From a virus (Duplodnaviria > Caudoviricetes), in IMG/VR virus record IMGVR_UViG_3300036651_001467, positions 1-59,059 of that record: 59,059 nucleotides of DNA; one strand, written 5' to 3'. The notes below the pieces were generated by a model. That model worked only from the letters and a program-made list of their open reading frames with translations. It was not told the DNA's origin and did no database searches. Positions 8,830-17,518 of this stretch are shown one piece after another. A program made the position numbers and the translations under genes. Positions within the stretch are counted from its first letter, which is position 1, and each line of letters opens with the position of its first letter.

Positions 8830-8973
8830 GCGCAGCCATCGCCTGGGTCAGAGGGGGAGGGATTCACATGAGCGAGAATCGCCGGTCGGCTTCAGCGGCT
8901 CGGTGCGGGATACTCGTCGCTATCGGCGAGGCGGAACTAGCCGAGGCTTGTATGGCTACGGAAGGATAGCGGA

Positions 8974-9387
8974 ATGGCAAAATCCATCAACTGGAGGCGC
9001 GGTTTGGCGCGGGCATGGTGCGTCGCCGCGACATGTTGGTACGTGTTGGCAGCGGCTCTCTTGTGGCAGCCCTGGGGAGCTTCGCTTTCCGCGCGCCGGT
9101 CTCCCATGGCCATAAAGTCCGATGGAGTGCGGGACGCATCAACAATGGGCGCCGGCATTGATTGGGCTGCGGTGGCGAATGGTACCGATCCGACTGGAGG
9201 AGCGCGGCGAAACGACCATCGAGAATATCCCATCAGCAACGTTCCTGCGCACGCATTTCCAATTGCGGAAACGGTGTGCGCTGTGGCTATACCGTGGGGG
9301 GTTCTCGCGTTCGGGATTGCCACGCTTTGGGCTCTCCGTGGATTCGCTTCGTCTTCCGCTGCCGACACTGACCAACGCGCTCTTTAG
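8974..9387 (+). CDS. Two-TM inner-membrane protein carrying a copy of the ejection-protein GIDWxxVAxG motif; candidate superinfection exclusion protein
   Basis: WRRGLARAW-TM1...loop GAGIDWAAVANGTDPTG...TM2-WALRGF. The motif matches 17384-17428 and 17330-17368. Confidence 0.75.
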   Translation: MAKSINWRRGLARAWCVAATCWYVLAAALLWQPWGASLSARRSPMAIKSDGVRDASTMGAGIDWAAVANGTDPTGGARRNDHREYPISNVPAHAFPIAETVCAVAIPWGVLAFGIATLWALRGFASSSAADTDQRAL

Positions 9388-9797
9388 TTTATGAACGTCG
9401 CGTGGACCCAATCCGAGATCGCCCGCGCCTGCCATCTTCGCGCCTTGGAATGGCGCGCGCTTCCGGCGGTTGGCGCTATTGAGTTCGAATTCGCCAAACA
9501 GGCGGGCTTGATCGAAAAGGAAGAGAGATGCGAGGCGCATAGGGATAATCCAGGAGGAACAACATGAAAGATGAGGGCTGCGGGCCAACGCCCAAGACGC
9601 TAACGCTGAGATGCGAGCATGGCGACTGCGGGCACGCATTTGCGGCCCCCCTTTGCCGCATTGGAGGAGCGCCCTGGAATATACGCGCAAGTGGCTCGAT
9701 GCCCGCTTTGCAATCGCATATCGAGGTACGCCATCGGTCCAAACGGCGTTGTCAGATGGATTGGAGGGGCGACGTTCTCCGAGCCCAAGCCGGCCGG

Positions 9798-10124
9798 TTA
9801 GTCCCAGACTCCAGCCTTGACCGCGTCAGGAGAAAGCCGGTCCGGACTCGGCATCTCGTACTCAGGAATTAGTGAGCTGACGAAATAGACGTTGGTTTTG
9901 CAACTTGGGCAGGTGAATTTACCCTCAAGCCCCTCCGTCCAACCGTAGAGAAGACCAGACGGCGACTTCACATGGATTGGAGGTACGTCCACATGATAAA
10001 TAACGCCGCCGCATCTACAGCGAACCGTAACCTCCTTCGGCCTCGGTGTGACCATTGGGACTTGGCTAGGATCATATGGGAATGGTTCGGTGACGGTTGG
10101 GATTGTTGTTTTCTCGATCGCCAT
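9798..10124 (-). CDS. Zinc-ribbon hypothetical protein
   Basis: RBS GGAGG; CRCG...CPSC. Confidence 0.6.
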   Translation of the reverse strand: MAIEKTTIPTVTEPFPYDPSQVPMVTPRPKEVTVRCRCGGVIYHVDVPPIHVKSPSGLLYGWTEGLEGKFTCPSCKTNVYFVSSLIPEYEMPSPDRLSPDAVKAGVWD

Positions 10125-10221
10125 GACGTTCCTCCGGGGCGTCGGCTGGCCATGAGGGCGCGCCAACGACTGGCAGATATTATAATGCACAACGCCATAT
10201 TTATGCATATATACTGGTGGC

Positions 10222-10929
10222 ATGACCACGCAGCTTCAGGACAATGAATTACCGATGACAATGCAAATCGCCATGGTTGGCACTGACGGCATCGTCCTTG
10301 CCAGCGATACAAAATGGGCTTACGGAGGTGACATCAGGCACACTTCCGGCAGCTCAAAAATCCACGTTAATGACGCGGGTACGCTTGCCGTCTCGTTCGC
10401 GCGAAGCATGGAATACGCGGAGGCGGTAGCGCTCCAAATCATCCGCGAAATGACCACGGCGCAGGATTGGGAGCGGCCAATTCTGCGTCTGGAAGAGATT
10501 GCGCAAGCGCTCATTGACAAAGACGATGATCCGGCCCGCTTGCGGCGAGACGCGCAGTGCCTAGTAATTTCGAGACTGCCAGAGCCATGCCTCCACTTTA
10601 TTTTTGTCGGCACAATCAACAGCGCCCCTTGGCGTGCATGTTGCCGGCGCGTTGATGATAAGGCCGTGGCCGGAGACCAAGTCAATGCGGCGGTCTACTG
10701 GTCCGAGCGCTTTTATTCAAAGTACGCCGTTGCGGTCCTCTCGGAGCTGGCTGCCCAGGTGGTCGTATCGGCTGCATCGCTGAACCCGGCGGGGATTGGC
10801 GGCCTAGAGATGGTTGTTTGCCGCAATGACGGCATTGCGCGGCTGCCCGAGACGGAGTGCGCGGCAATGGAGCAACGAGCTCGCGACCGCGAGGCGGCAT
10901 TTTCCGGAGGCATTGCGGTTGGCAGGTAA
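10222..10929 (+). CDS. Proteasome-beta/HslV-like Ntn-hydrolase-fold protein
   Basis: (M)TMQIAMVGTDGIVLASDTK...SKI and C-terminal NPAGIGGLEMVV. -10 TATACT at 10210-10215. Confidence 0.7.
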   Translation: MTTQLQDNELPMTMQIAMVGTDGIVLASDTKWAYGGDIRHTSGSSKIHVNDAGTLAVSFARSMEYAEAVALQIIREMTTAQDWERPILRLEEIAQALIDKDDDPARLRRDAQCLVISRLPEPCLHFIFVGTINSAPWRACCRRVDDKAVAGDQVNAAVYWSERFYSKYAVAVLSELAAQVVVSAASLNPAGIGGLEMVVCRNDGIARLPETECAAMEQRARDREAAFSGGIAVGR

Positions 10930-10953
10930 AATCCATGGCTCTCGGACTTTCCG

Positions 10954-11448
10954 ATGGGCCGTACTTTGCGAAAGATGGCTCGGTCTATTTATGGCCAGCC
11001 AACAGTTTACTGCCCGAACTCACGGCAGCATTCGTCATTTGCCCCGTTGCCCATACCGCTCCCATTTCCCACATTGACAGGGCTAATGAAAGATCCACCC
11101 GACTTACCCATGGATACGTGGCAAGTAGCCGTTGGATGTCCTGCATGCGGCCTTGTGTCCGTTCACGAGTCTGGGGAGGTAGCTTGGTTGCCCCTGGGCA
11201 AGGCCACAGAAGGAAGCTACGCGAGTGAGGGCAGGATGGTGAGAGTAGAAGCCGAAGGCGCCCGAAGAGACTGCCGAATTCCCGTCGTATTTCATACGCC
11301 CGTTGATGTGGATGGGCAAAAAGATGAAAGCGAAGTGATCGCCAGACTTCGAGCCTGCTTTTTCGAGTTCGCGTGCGGTAATGGTCACCAGATCCAGCAG
11401 ATTCCCCAGGAACGCTATCGGTTGACGCGAATCGCTCGGGTGTGGTAG
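10954..11448 (+). CDS. Cys-rich hypothetical protein (start uncertain)
   Basis: CPACG and CGNGH motifs. Confidence 0.45.
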   Translation: MGRTLRKMARSIYGQPTVYCPNSRQHSSFAPLPIPLPFPTLTGLMKDPPDLPMDTWQVAVGCPACGLVSVHESGEVAWLPLGKATEGSYASEGRMVRVEAEGARRDCRIPVVFHTPVDVDGQKDESEVIARLRACFFEFACGNGHQIQQIPQERYRLTRIARVW

Positions 11449-11533
11449 CCATATAACCCCCAATTCTACTCTAAAACGTAACAACGCCCCCAGCGCGGGC
11501 CGGGGGCGAAGTGAACGAACGAACTGTTGACGT

Positions 11534-11857
11534 TTACGCGGTCTTGGTCGCCGGCGTCTTGCCGAACAGACCGCCGACGGTACCAACAAGGCGCTCGATC
11601 GCCGCGATTGCGGCCTCATCAAACACGATGTTGAGCCCGGATGCGCCGACCGCCGCTCCCGTTGCAGTAGCAGCGGCGAGCACGCTGCCCGCGACTGCTT
11701 CGATGTCGGCCTGCACCTGGGCACCCTTGCTTCCGATCAGGCCGGCGAGTGCGGTGCCCAGCGGCGATTCGATGATCGCCTGAGCCTCCTTGGCGACGGG
11801 GACGATGTGGGACAGAACCCATGCGAACGCATGGCCGATTGAGTTAAAAATCTTCAT
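11534..11857 (-). CDS. Small Ala-rich late protein
   Basis: RBS GAGGT; last gene of the late operon. Confidence 0.65.
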   Translation of the reverse strand: MKIFNSIGHAFAWVLSHIVPVAKEAQAIIESPLGTALAGLIGSKGAQVQADIEAVAGSVLAAATATGAAVGASGLNIVFDEAAIAAIERLVGTVGGLFGKTPATKTA

Positions 11858-11939
11858 AGTGACCTCGATTTTGCCGGCGTGACCGGCTGTTAGGGTTGAC
11901 GAATTGCCGGCTGCCCGGCGGGGAAGGGAACTCTGCCGG

Positions 11940-14900
11940 CTACCAGCCGGTCGTACGCGGCCGCTGCTTGCCGCGATTCAAATACTCGGAGAAACTGCGC
12001 GGCGCGGAACCGTCGCCCAATAGCGCCCGCGTCCGGGCCTGCTGGAGCATGGCGATCGTGGGGTCCGAGCTGCGCTGCGCTTCCGCCAGCAACTGCTCGG
12101 CGCTGCGCTTCGCCGGGCCAACGTGCGACATGACGGTGTAGCGGCAGTTGTGAACCAGAACGCCATTTGCGAAGTATTCCGGCTCGCCTTCAACTTCCAG
12201 GTTGTATACGTCCGCGCGGCCCCCGGCGCGCTTTCCCAGCACACGCACGGGAACAGTTTGTGGAATCGCTGTACCGATTGGAGCCGCGCCGGAAGGTGAT
12301 GCCGTTGAATTGCACGGACTCAGACTCAACCCTTGGTCTCCGCACATTACCTCCATTAGCGGCGCAAAGCCGCGACCCTCCACCCATAGCGGATGCTCTT
12401 CCGTTCCGCGCAGGAGCGCACCGTTTGCGAACGCGACAGTTACGGTGGGCGCATTGACGCGCGTGCGCCACGCACGCAATACGCGGCGCGGCCCTTTGCG
12501 GGTAAGCACCATGTCCCCACGGCAAACCATCTCAATCGGAACGTCCCGTCCGTCGCCCATGCGGATCAACGTGCCAGCGGTCAAACAGGAGTCAATTACG
12601 TCATCTAGAGGGTCGCCCTTGACCTTCAGCACGTCATCGTTTCGGTTCGGGTCGTGAATGCGCGTCTGCAGGGCTTCGGCCAACTGCGGGCACTTGTCCG
12701 ACAGCATCAGTTCGCCGCTGTTCAGCATCGTGTAGATCAGCATGGCCCCGGCCACGCGATCATCGGTCGCGCTCTGGAAGGCTATCCCGGATCCCTGATA
12801 CATCTGATCGGCGAGCGTGTTGCCGTCACCACGATTGCTGAACGAATCCGGCGAGAGATACCACGCCTGAATTCTCTGCGGCTCGGTCATCGTGCCGCGT
12901 TTCACGGCGAAGTTGCGCCACAATGACCGCGCGAAATCGGGCGCTGGCTCGTGCTTCGATGTGTATTCGTCAACCACGTACACCCGCCCGCGCGGGAAGC
13001 CGTCGCACGGCTCGCTGCGGCAGAGCAGGTGTGCGGATGCTTGGCTGATACTGAAACCGTAGTCCGCCCCCGCCCAATGCGGCCACCATGGCTGCACCGG
13101 GATCTCGTTGGCCGGGATCACCATGCGCGACTGGTTCCAGCACTCGAAGTACTGACCCTCGAATGCGCCCCAGCATCCCGCCAGCAACGCTTCGCGGAAC
13201 TTGGCGGAGAGGCCCTCTAGCTGTTTGGCGTACTCCGGCCCCAGTAGGTTGTGGTCAGTCAGGCGACCGGGAATGTAGCACGTCGAGAACCCGATCAGCC
13301 GCCCGTCCGATGGCCACCGTGCATCGTCGTAGATTCTGAATGGCTGCCGCGCCCCGGCCAGCGATTCGCCCTCCTGCTCCAAGCAGTGCAGGCACTTCGG
13401 CCCCTGAAATATCGAGCGGTGAAAGACGTGCCCAACGTTACCGGGGTTCGTCGCCAGCCGGATGCGGAGGAACAGCGACGGGTCGGTGGAGCGCAGCCGA
13501 CTAGTGAGGTAGCGGATTGGTTCCTCGGCGAAATGGGTTGATTCATCGAAACCGATGAATGTGTACTGCGCGCCCTGGTACTTGAAGATGTCTTTGTCGC
13601 GTTCGCAGTAACCGAACTCCACGATGCCACCCGAAGGGAATCGCCATGCGTGCTTCTGGTCGTTGTACTTCGCCCCCATCGCGGCATACAACTCATGGCT
13701 GCGCCGGATCAGGCTCTTGTCCAGCTCGGGGAAGGTTTTGCGAAACAGAATCGCGCGCAGATTGGGGTTGTCGCGCTCGAGGATCGCGTCCACCAGCATT
13801 GTCTCGGAATTGTGGGTGGGGATGAAGGCGCGTCCGGCGAGGTAGAGCCGCGACGGCGATGACACGCTGATGCAGCGCACCTCGCCACCCTCGACCAACT
13901 CGGCCGCGACGATGTACCGGCGCGTTGTAGTTGGGCGTGTCGCCAGCCGCAACCGGGACGCCTTGCGCGGCAGGCGGAAGACCTGCATGGGCGGCGTGAA
14001 ATGCAGCGCGAACGATGCGCCATGGTCCACGCCGTTCAGCACGGCGCGCCCCGTGCTCACCGCTGCCTTGATGCCGAGCGAGCACAGCATCTCCCGCATT
14101 CCCCATGCGAGCTCCGGCGCGCAGGTCGAGAAGTAACAAGCGCCGCTCTTCTGGGCGCATCCGTCGGTGTCCATCAACCCCTGAATCAATGCCAGCCGTT
14201 GCGCGATGCTGGCGCGGAAATAGGGCGCGGGAATCGCCTTCAGGCCCAGCAGGCCGCAGCGCCGCAGCATCGGGAGTAGCCCAAGAATGCCGTGCGACCA
14301 CGCCCCGGCGTGATTCGTGACCGTGAATCCATCCTTGCGGATTTCGTCGAACAGTTCGGCGTCAGGCTTGATGATGGTCGCTTGGCGGGAGTTGCCGTCC
14401 CCAAGCCATGCTCCCAGCGTGTAGGGCGGGATTGGGAGCGCCGCCTCCGGCAACTCGATCGGCTGCGCCATGGCGACGGAGTGATTGTTTGTCGCCCCGG
14501 CCTTGAGTGTTGCCGCTATTTCCGCCGTGGTCCGAACGGTGCCCGTTGGCGGCTGTAGGCATGTGGCGGGTCGCCAGCCTGCGGCCTTGGGGCGCTTGCC
14601 CCGCCCCGGCCGCTTCGCGCGCCGCCGAGCCTTCCATGCCTCATCCCGCCGCAGCGCGACGGTGCGCTCTAGCCGGGTCATCGTTTTCCAGTAATGACCC
14701 GCATCGGCGATGATTTCCTCGCCATCGTCAAATCGCAGACGGTACGCCACCGCCGGTTGGGTTATCGGCCCAACCGCCGTGACGGTGCATTGGTGGCCGC
14801 AATCGTCGAATACGATGTCGCCTACCGCTATATCGCGCATCGGCGTGAATCCACCGGGCGTCGGAATCGGTGTCTCCACGTCCAGTGCTTTGAGCGAACC

Positions 14901-15215
14901 GGCCGCGCCGCCCGCAAGCACAAGCTGCGCTGGACACTTCAGCAGCATTTCCTGCGGCTTTGACCTCGGCTCCCAGTTCGGAATGCCGACGCCCGCCGGT
15001 ATGACCAACGACCCCGGATCGCTGCGCTCGCTCGGCGGAGCCGCAGCATTCACGGCAACCCGTTCGCGCTCCAACTCATCCCGCAACTCTGGATCGCGGG
15101 CGAGGTATTCGGCGGGGCCGGGGAGGCCGGGGGCGAGCGGCTTACTTGCAATACTTTTAAGTTTCGCCAGCTTCTCCGCTGGTGTGTGGCGCCATTTCTC
15201 GCCGAACTTGCTCAT
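11940..15215 (-). CDS. terL: Terminase large subunit (Terminase_6 type) containing two inteins
   Basis: Walker A GGAAGSLK|S, Walker B FIGFDEST, coupling motif LATNPG, nuclease GADYG and DDVIDS|CRY. Confidence 0.95.
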   Translation of the reverse strand: MSKFGEKWRHTPAEKLAKLKSIASKPLAPGLPGPAEYLARDPELRDELERERVAVNAAAPPSERSDPGSLVIPAGVGIPNWEPRSKPQEMLLKCPAQLVLAGGAAGSLKALDVETPIPTPGGFTPMRDIAVGDIVFDDCGHQCTVTAVGPITQPAVAYRLRFDDGEEIIADAGHYWKTMTRLERTVALRRDEAWKARRRAKRPGRGKRPKAAGWRPATCLQPPTGTVRTTAEIAATLKAGATNNHSVAMAQPIELPEAALPIPPYTLGAWLGDGNSRQATIIKPDAELFDEIRKDGFTVTNHAGAWSHGILGLLPMLRRCGLLGLKAIPAPYFRASIAQRLALIQGLMDTDGCAQKSGACYFSTCAPELAWGMREMLCSLGIKAAVSTGRAVLNGVDHGASFALHFTPPMQVFRLPRKASRLRLATRPTTTRRYIVAAELVEGGEVRCISVSSPSRLYLAGRAFIPTHNSETMLVDAILERDNPNLRAILFRKTFPELDKSLIRRSHELYAAMGAKYNDQKHAWRFPSGGIVEFGYCERDKDIFKYQGAQYTFIGFDESTHFAEEPIRYLTSRLRSTDPSLFLRIRLATNPGNVGHVFHRSIFQGPKCLHCLEQEGESLAGARQPFRIYDDARWPSDGRLIGFSTCYIPGRLTDHNLLGPEYAKQLEGLSAKFREALLAGCWGAFEGQYFECWNQSRMVIPANEIPVQPWWPHWAGADYGFSISQASAHLLCRSEPCDGFPRGRVYVVDEYTSKHEPAPDFARSLWRNFAVKRGTMTEPQRIQAWYLSPDSFSNRGDGNTLADQMYQGSGIAFQSATDDRVAGAMLIYTMLNSGELMLSDKCPQLAEALQTRIHDPNRNDDVLKVKGDPLDDVIDSCLTAGTLIRMGDGRDVPIEMVCRGDMVLTRKGPRRVLRAWRTRVNAPTVTVAFANGALLRGTEEHPLWVEGRGFAPLMEVMCGDQGLSLSPCNSTASPSGAAPIGTAIPQTVPVRVLGKRAGGRADVYNLEVEGEPEYFANGVLVHNCRYTVMSHVGPAKRSAEQLLAEAQRSSDPTIAMLQQARTRALLGDGSAPRSFSEYLNRGKQRPRTTGW
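12147..12587 (-). mobile_element. Class 1 mini-intein, 147 aa, in the TerL nuclease domain
   Basis: CLTAGTLI...GTEEHP...DVYNLEV...NGVLVHN/C; no endonuclease domain. Confidence 0.9.
13809..14888 (-). mobile_element. Class 3 (Ala1) intein with LAGLIDADG homing endonuclease, 360 aa, in the TerL P-loop
   Basis: Starts ALDVETPIPT and ends IPTHN/S. WCT triad: GHYW, VRCIS, PTHN. LAGLIDADG motifs LGAWLGDG and LIQGLMDTDG. Confidence 0.9.
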
Positions 15216-15850
15216 GTCGTCCCGCCTGTGCCCAGCGCCGCCCGCCTCACCTCGCTATCCCAACTGGCGCGCGTAGCCCGCTCCGGCGCGATCACGTTGA
15301 GCTGCTGGCGATTATCCACATTGATGTTCGCCGGCTCGTTCCCCTTGACGTTGCGCAGGAAGCGCGACTTCATGTCGAGAATGCGGTGCTTGTCGGTGTA
15401 GCTCAGCTCGGCGAATTCGCTATCGTCCACCTGGGCTTGCAGGTTCAGCAGCGACTCGACCTGCCGCATGGCGATCAGGCTGAGGGCTTCCTTCTGCGTT
15501 TTCTCGAATTCCTCTTTGCCGCCGTGCTTCTCGAATTCCCGCAGCAAAATGGCTCGGATGTAGTGCGGGGTGGCCTGATGGCGGTCGGCGATCTCGGCAA
15601 CGCTCATGCCGGTGGCGTACTCGACCGTCGCCTGCTGCTTTTCCTTGGGGCCGAAGGGGCGGCGATGGCCACCCTTGGTCAACTTGCCGCGCGGCGAAAA
15701 GCGGTTCTTGCGCTTTTCCTCCTTCTCGGCGAAGCGGCGGGCGCGTTCCAGGTCGGTTACGGTGCGTGGCCGTCCGCGCCCGCGTTTAGGCGGGGCGGGG
15801 CTCTCCGGTCCTCCGGTTGGCGCCGGGACGGCAATGTGATCTTCTGGCAT
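15212..15850 (-). CDS. Probable terminase small subunit (HTH)
   Basis: HTH MSVAEIADRHQATPHYIRAIL; ATGA overlap with terL. Confidence 0.65.
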   Translation of the reverse strand: MPEDHIAVPAPTGGPESPAPPKRGRGRPRTVTDLERARRFAEKEEKRKNRFSPRGKLTKGGHRRPFGPKEKQQATVEYATGMSVAEIADRHQATPHYIRAILLREFEKHGGKEEFEKTQKEALSLIAMRQVESLLNLQAQVDDSEFAELSYTDKHRILDMKSRFLRNVKGNEPANINVDNRQQLNVIAPERATRASWDSEVRRAALGTGGTT

Positions 15851-15874
15851 AGATTACTGGCTTGTCGCTGGTGC

Positions 15875-17518
15875 TTATTGGTTGCGCGCGCCCTTCTGGC
15901 CAAACGTTCCGATTCCAGCCGCTCCCAAGCGCCCTAGCGATCGGAGCAGCTTGCCGCTATTGTTGGACGCCAACGCCTCGGCAATCTCGTTCTTGGTCAC
16001 TGCGGAAGCCGTGCGCCACAAAGGGGACTGAACAGCTTCGGCGAGAGCCATGACGGCTGCGCCTTCTCCAGCTCCGCGCGCTCCGCCGACAGCCAGTCCG
16101 GCGCCGGCCGTGAGCGGGTAGCCCAAGACCCTCTGTAATCCATTCTGGCCAATCCGGCGCGCATTAGTTGCTCGGATTACATCCTGAACCTGGCTCCAAA
16201 GGTGATACTCGGCGTTCAGTTTGGCGATGTCAGGCTGGTCGTTCGCAAGAACGCGGCGCATTGCATTGGCGGCAGCCCGCTGCGCGTCGAGAACGGAGCC
16301 CTCCGCAATCGAGGCCCCTTGGTACCCTTTAGCCGCCGACACGGATTTGTCAAGTATCTGCCTCGCCTTATTAAGGCTCTCGTACGACACGTCGGGGCCG
16401 ATCGCCTTTACGGTATCCTGCAAGTCCGTCGCCGCGTTCACGGCTTGCTGGTTCACCGGCACGCCATTCACGATGAATTCGTTCTTGTAGTTATCCAGCT
16501 CTTTGAGGATTGGCGATGTCGAAATGGTCGCGCTTGGCGGAATGGCACCCACGGCCTTCCCGATCTGTTCTCCGGTCGCGTCGGCCCTGTTGGCGGCCAT
16601 ATCTTCGAGAGACTGCCCGCTTGTGGTGACGACGCCACGGTCCAAAAGCTCAGGTATGACCTTCGCGGCCATGTATTTGTTCGCGTTCGTCGTTGGGTTC
16701 AGAAAGCGAGAATATTGCGTCTGTGCCGCTTGGCGGAGACGGTTGGCAACACTCGGCGCCACCTCCGCGAGCGCGGCACCACCAGCCCCTAACGCTGCGG
16801 CGGTTCGCGGATTCTGCCCATGCATGGCCGCATCGCCGCCAGCAATCGCGGCGTTGCCGGCAACGCGCCCGGAGATTCTCGCCGCGCCTTCCGCGAGAGC
16901 GTCTGCGCCGAGCTGTTCCGGTCCAACTGCTGCCAATTCCCCTGCCTGCTCCAAGCCAGCGCCCATTTGCGCCACCGCGCTGCCCGGATCTGGAGGTGCA
17001 GCTACATCGCGGACTCGGCGGTAGAGCGGCCCGACCAGATGCGCAGTCGGGTCATGCGCGTTGATTTGCTTTAACCCAGGCAGCGCCGCGAGATGGGCAG
17101 GAATATCGAGCGCGCTCGTGGCCGCGCCGCCAACCAGGTTGTTCGCCGCCCGCGCCGTAGAATTGTAGCCGGCCTTGATGGCGTTTCCAGCCGCCGCCGC
17201 ATCTCCATAGGCAGTTCCGAGCGCAGAGGTCTGCATATCAACCTTCGGTGCCGGCGCGGCAGGAGGCACGTAAAACGGGGAGGCGGGGTCTTTGGACGGA
17301 TCGGGGGCGGCGGTCGAAGCCTTACCGTCCCCACCCGCAGCCACGGCGTGCCAATCAATGCCTGCCCCGGTGGCTTTCTGCGCGCCGGTCGGGTTGCTGC
17401 CGTTCGCCACCCCCGACCAGTCAATGCCGGTAGCGGCTGGCGCGGCTGGCTTGACAGGCGCTGGCGCGCCGGGACCAGGCGCTTGTGGATCGTCGGGTTG
17501 GTTCGGGTCTCCGTTCAT
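15875..17518 (-). CDS. Internal virion / DNA ejection protein (547 aa) with two N-terminal GIDW repeats
   Basis: Ala/Gly-rich and helical; third of three tandem genes after the nozzle and GNAT genes, the podovirus ejectosome position. Confidence 0.7.
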   Translation of the reverse strand: MNGDPNQPDDPQAPGPGAPAPVKPAAPAATGIDWSGVANGSNPTGAQKATGAGIDWHAVAAGGDGKASTAAPDPSKDPASPFYVPPAAPAPKVDMQTSALGTAYGDAAAAGNAIKAGYNSTARAANNLVGGAATSALDIPAHLAALPGLKQINAHDPTAHLVGPLYRRVRDVAAPPDPGSAVAQMGAGLEQAGELAAVGPEQLGADALAEGAARISGRVAGNAAIAGGDAAMHGQNPRTAAALGAGGAALAEVAPSVANRLRQAAQTQYSRFLNPTTNANKYMAAKVIPELLDRGVVTTSGQSLEDMAANRADATGEQIGKAVGAIPPSATISTSPILKELDNYKNEFIVNGVPVNQQAVNAATDLQDTVKAIGPDVSYESLNKARQILDKSVSAAKGYQGASIAEGSVLDAQRAAANAMRRVLANDQPDIAKLNAEYHLWSQVQDVIRATNARRIGQNGLQRVLGYPLTAGAGLAVGGARGAGEGAAVMALAEAVQSPLWRTASAVTKNEIAEALASNNSGKLLRSLGRLGAAGIGTFGQKGARNQ

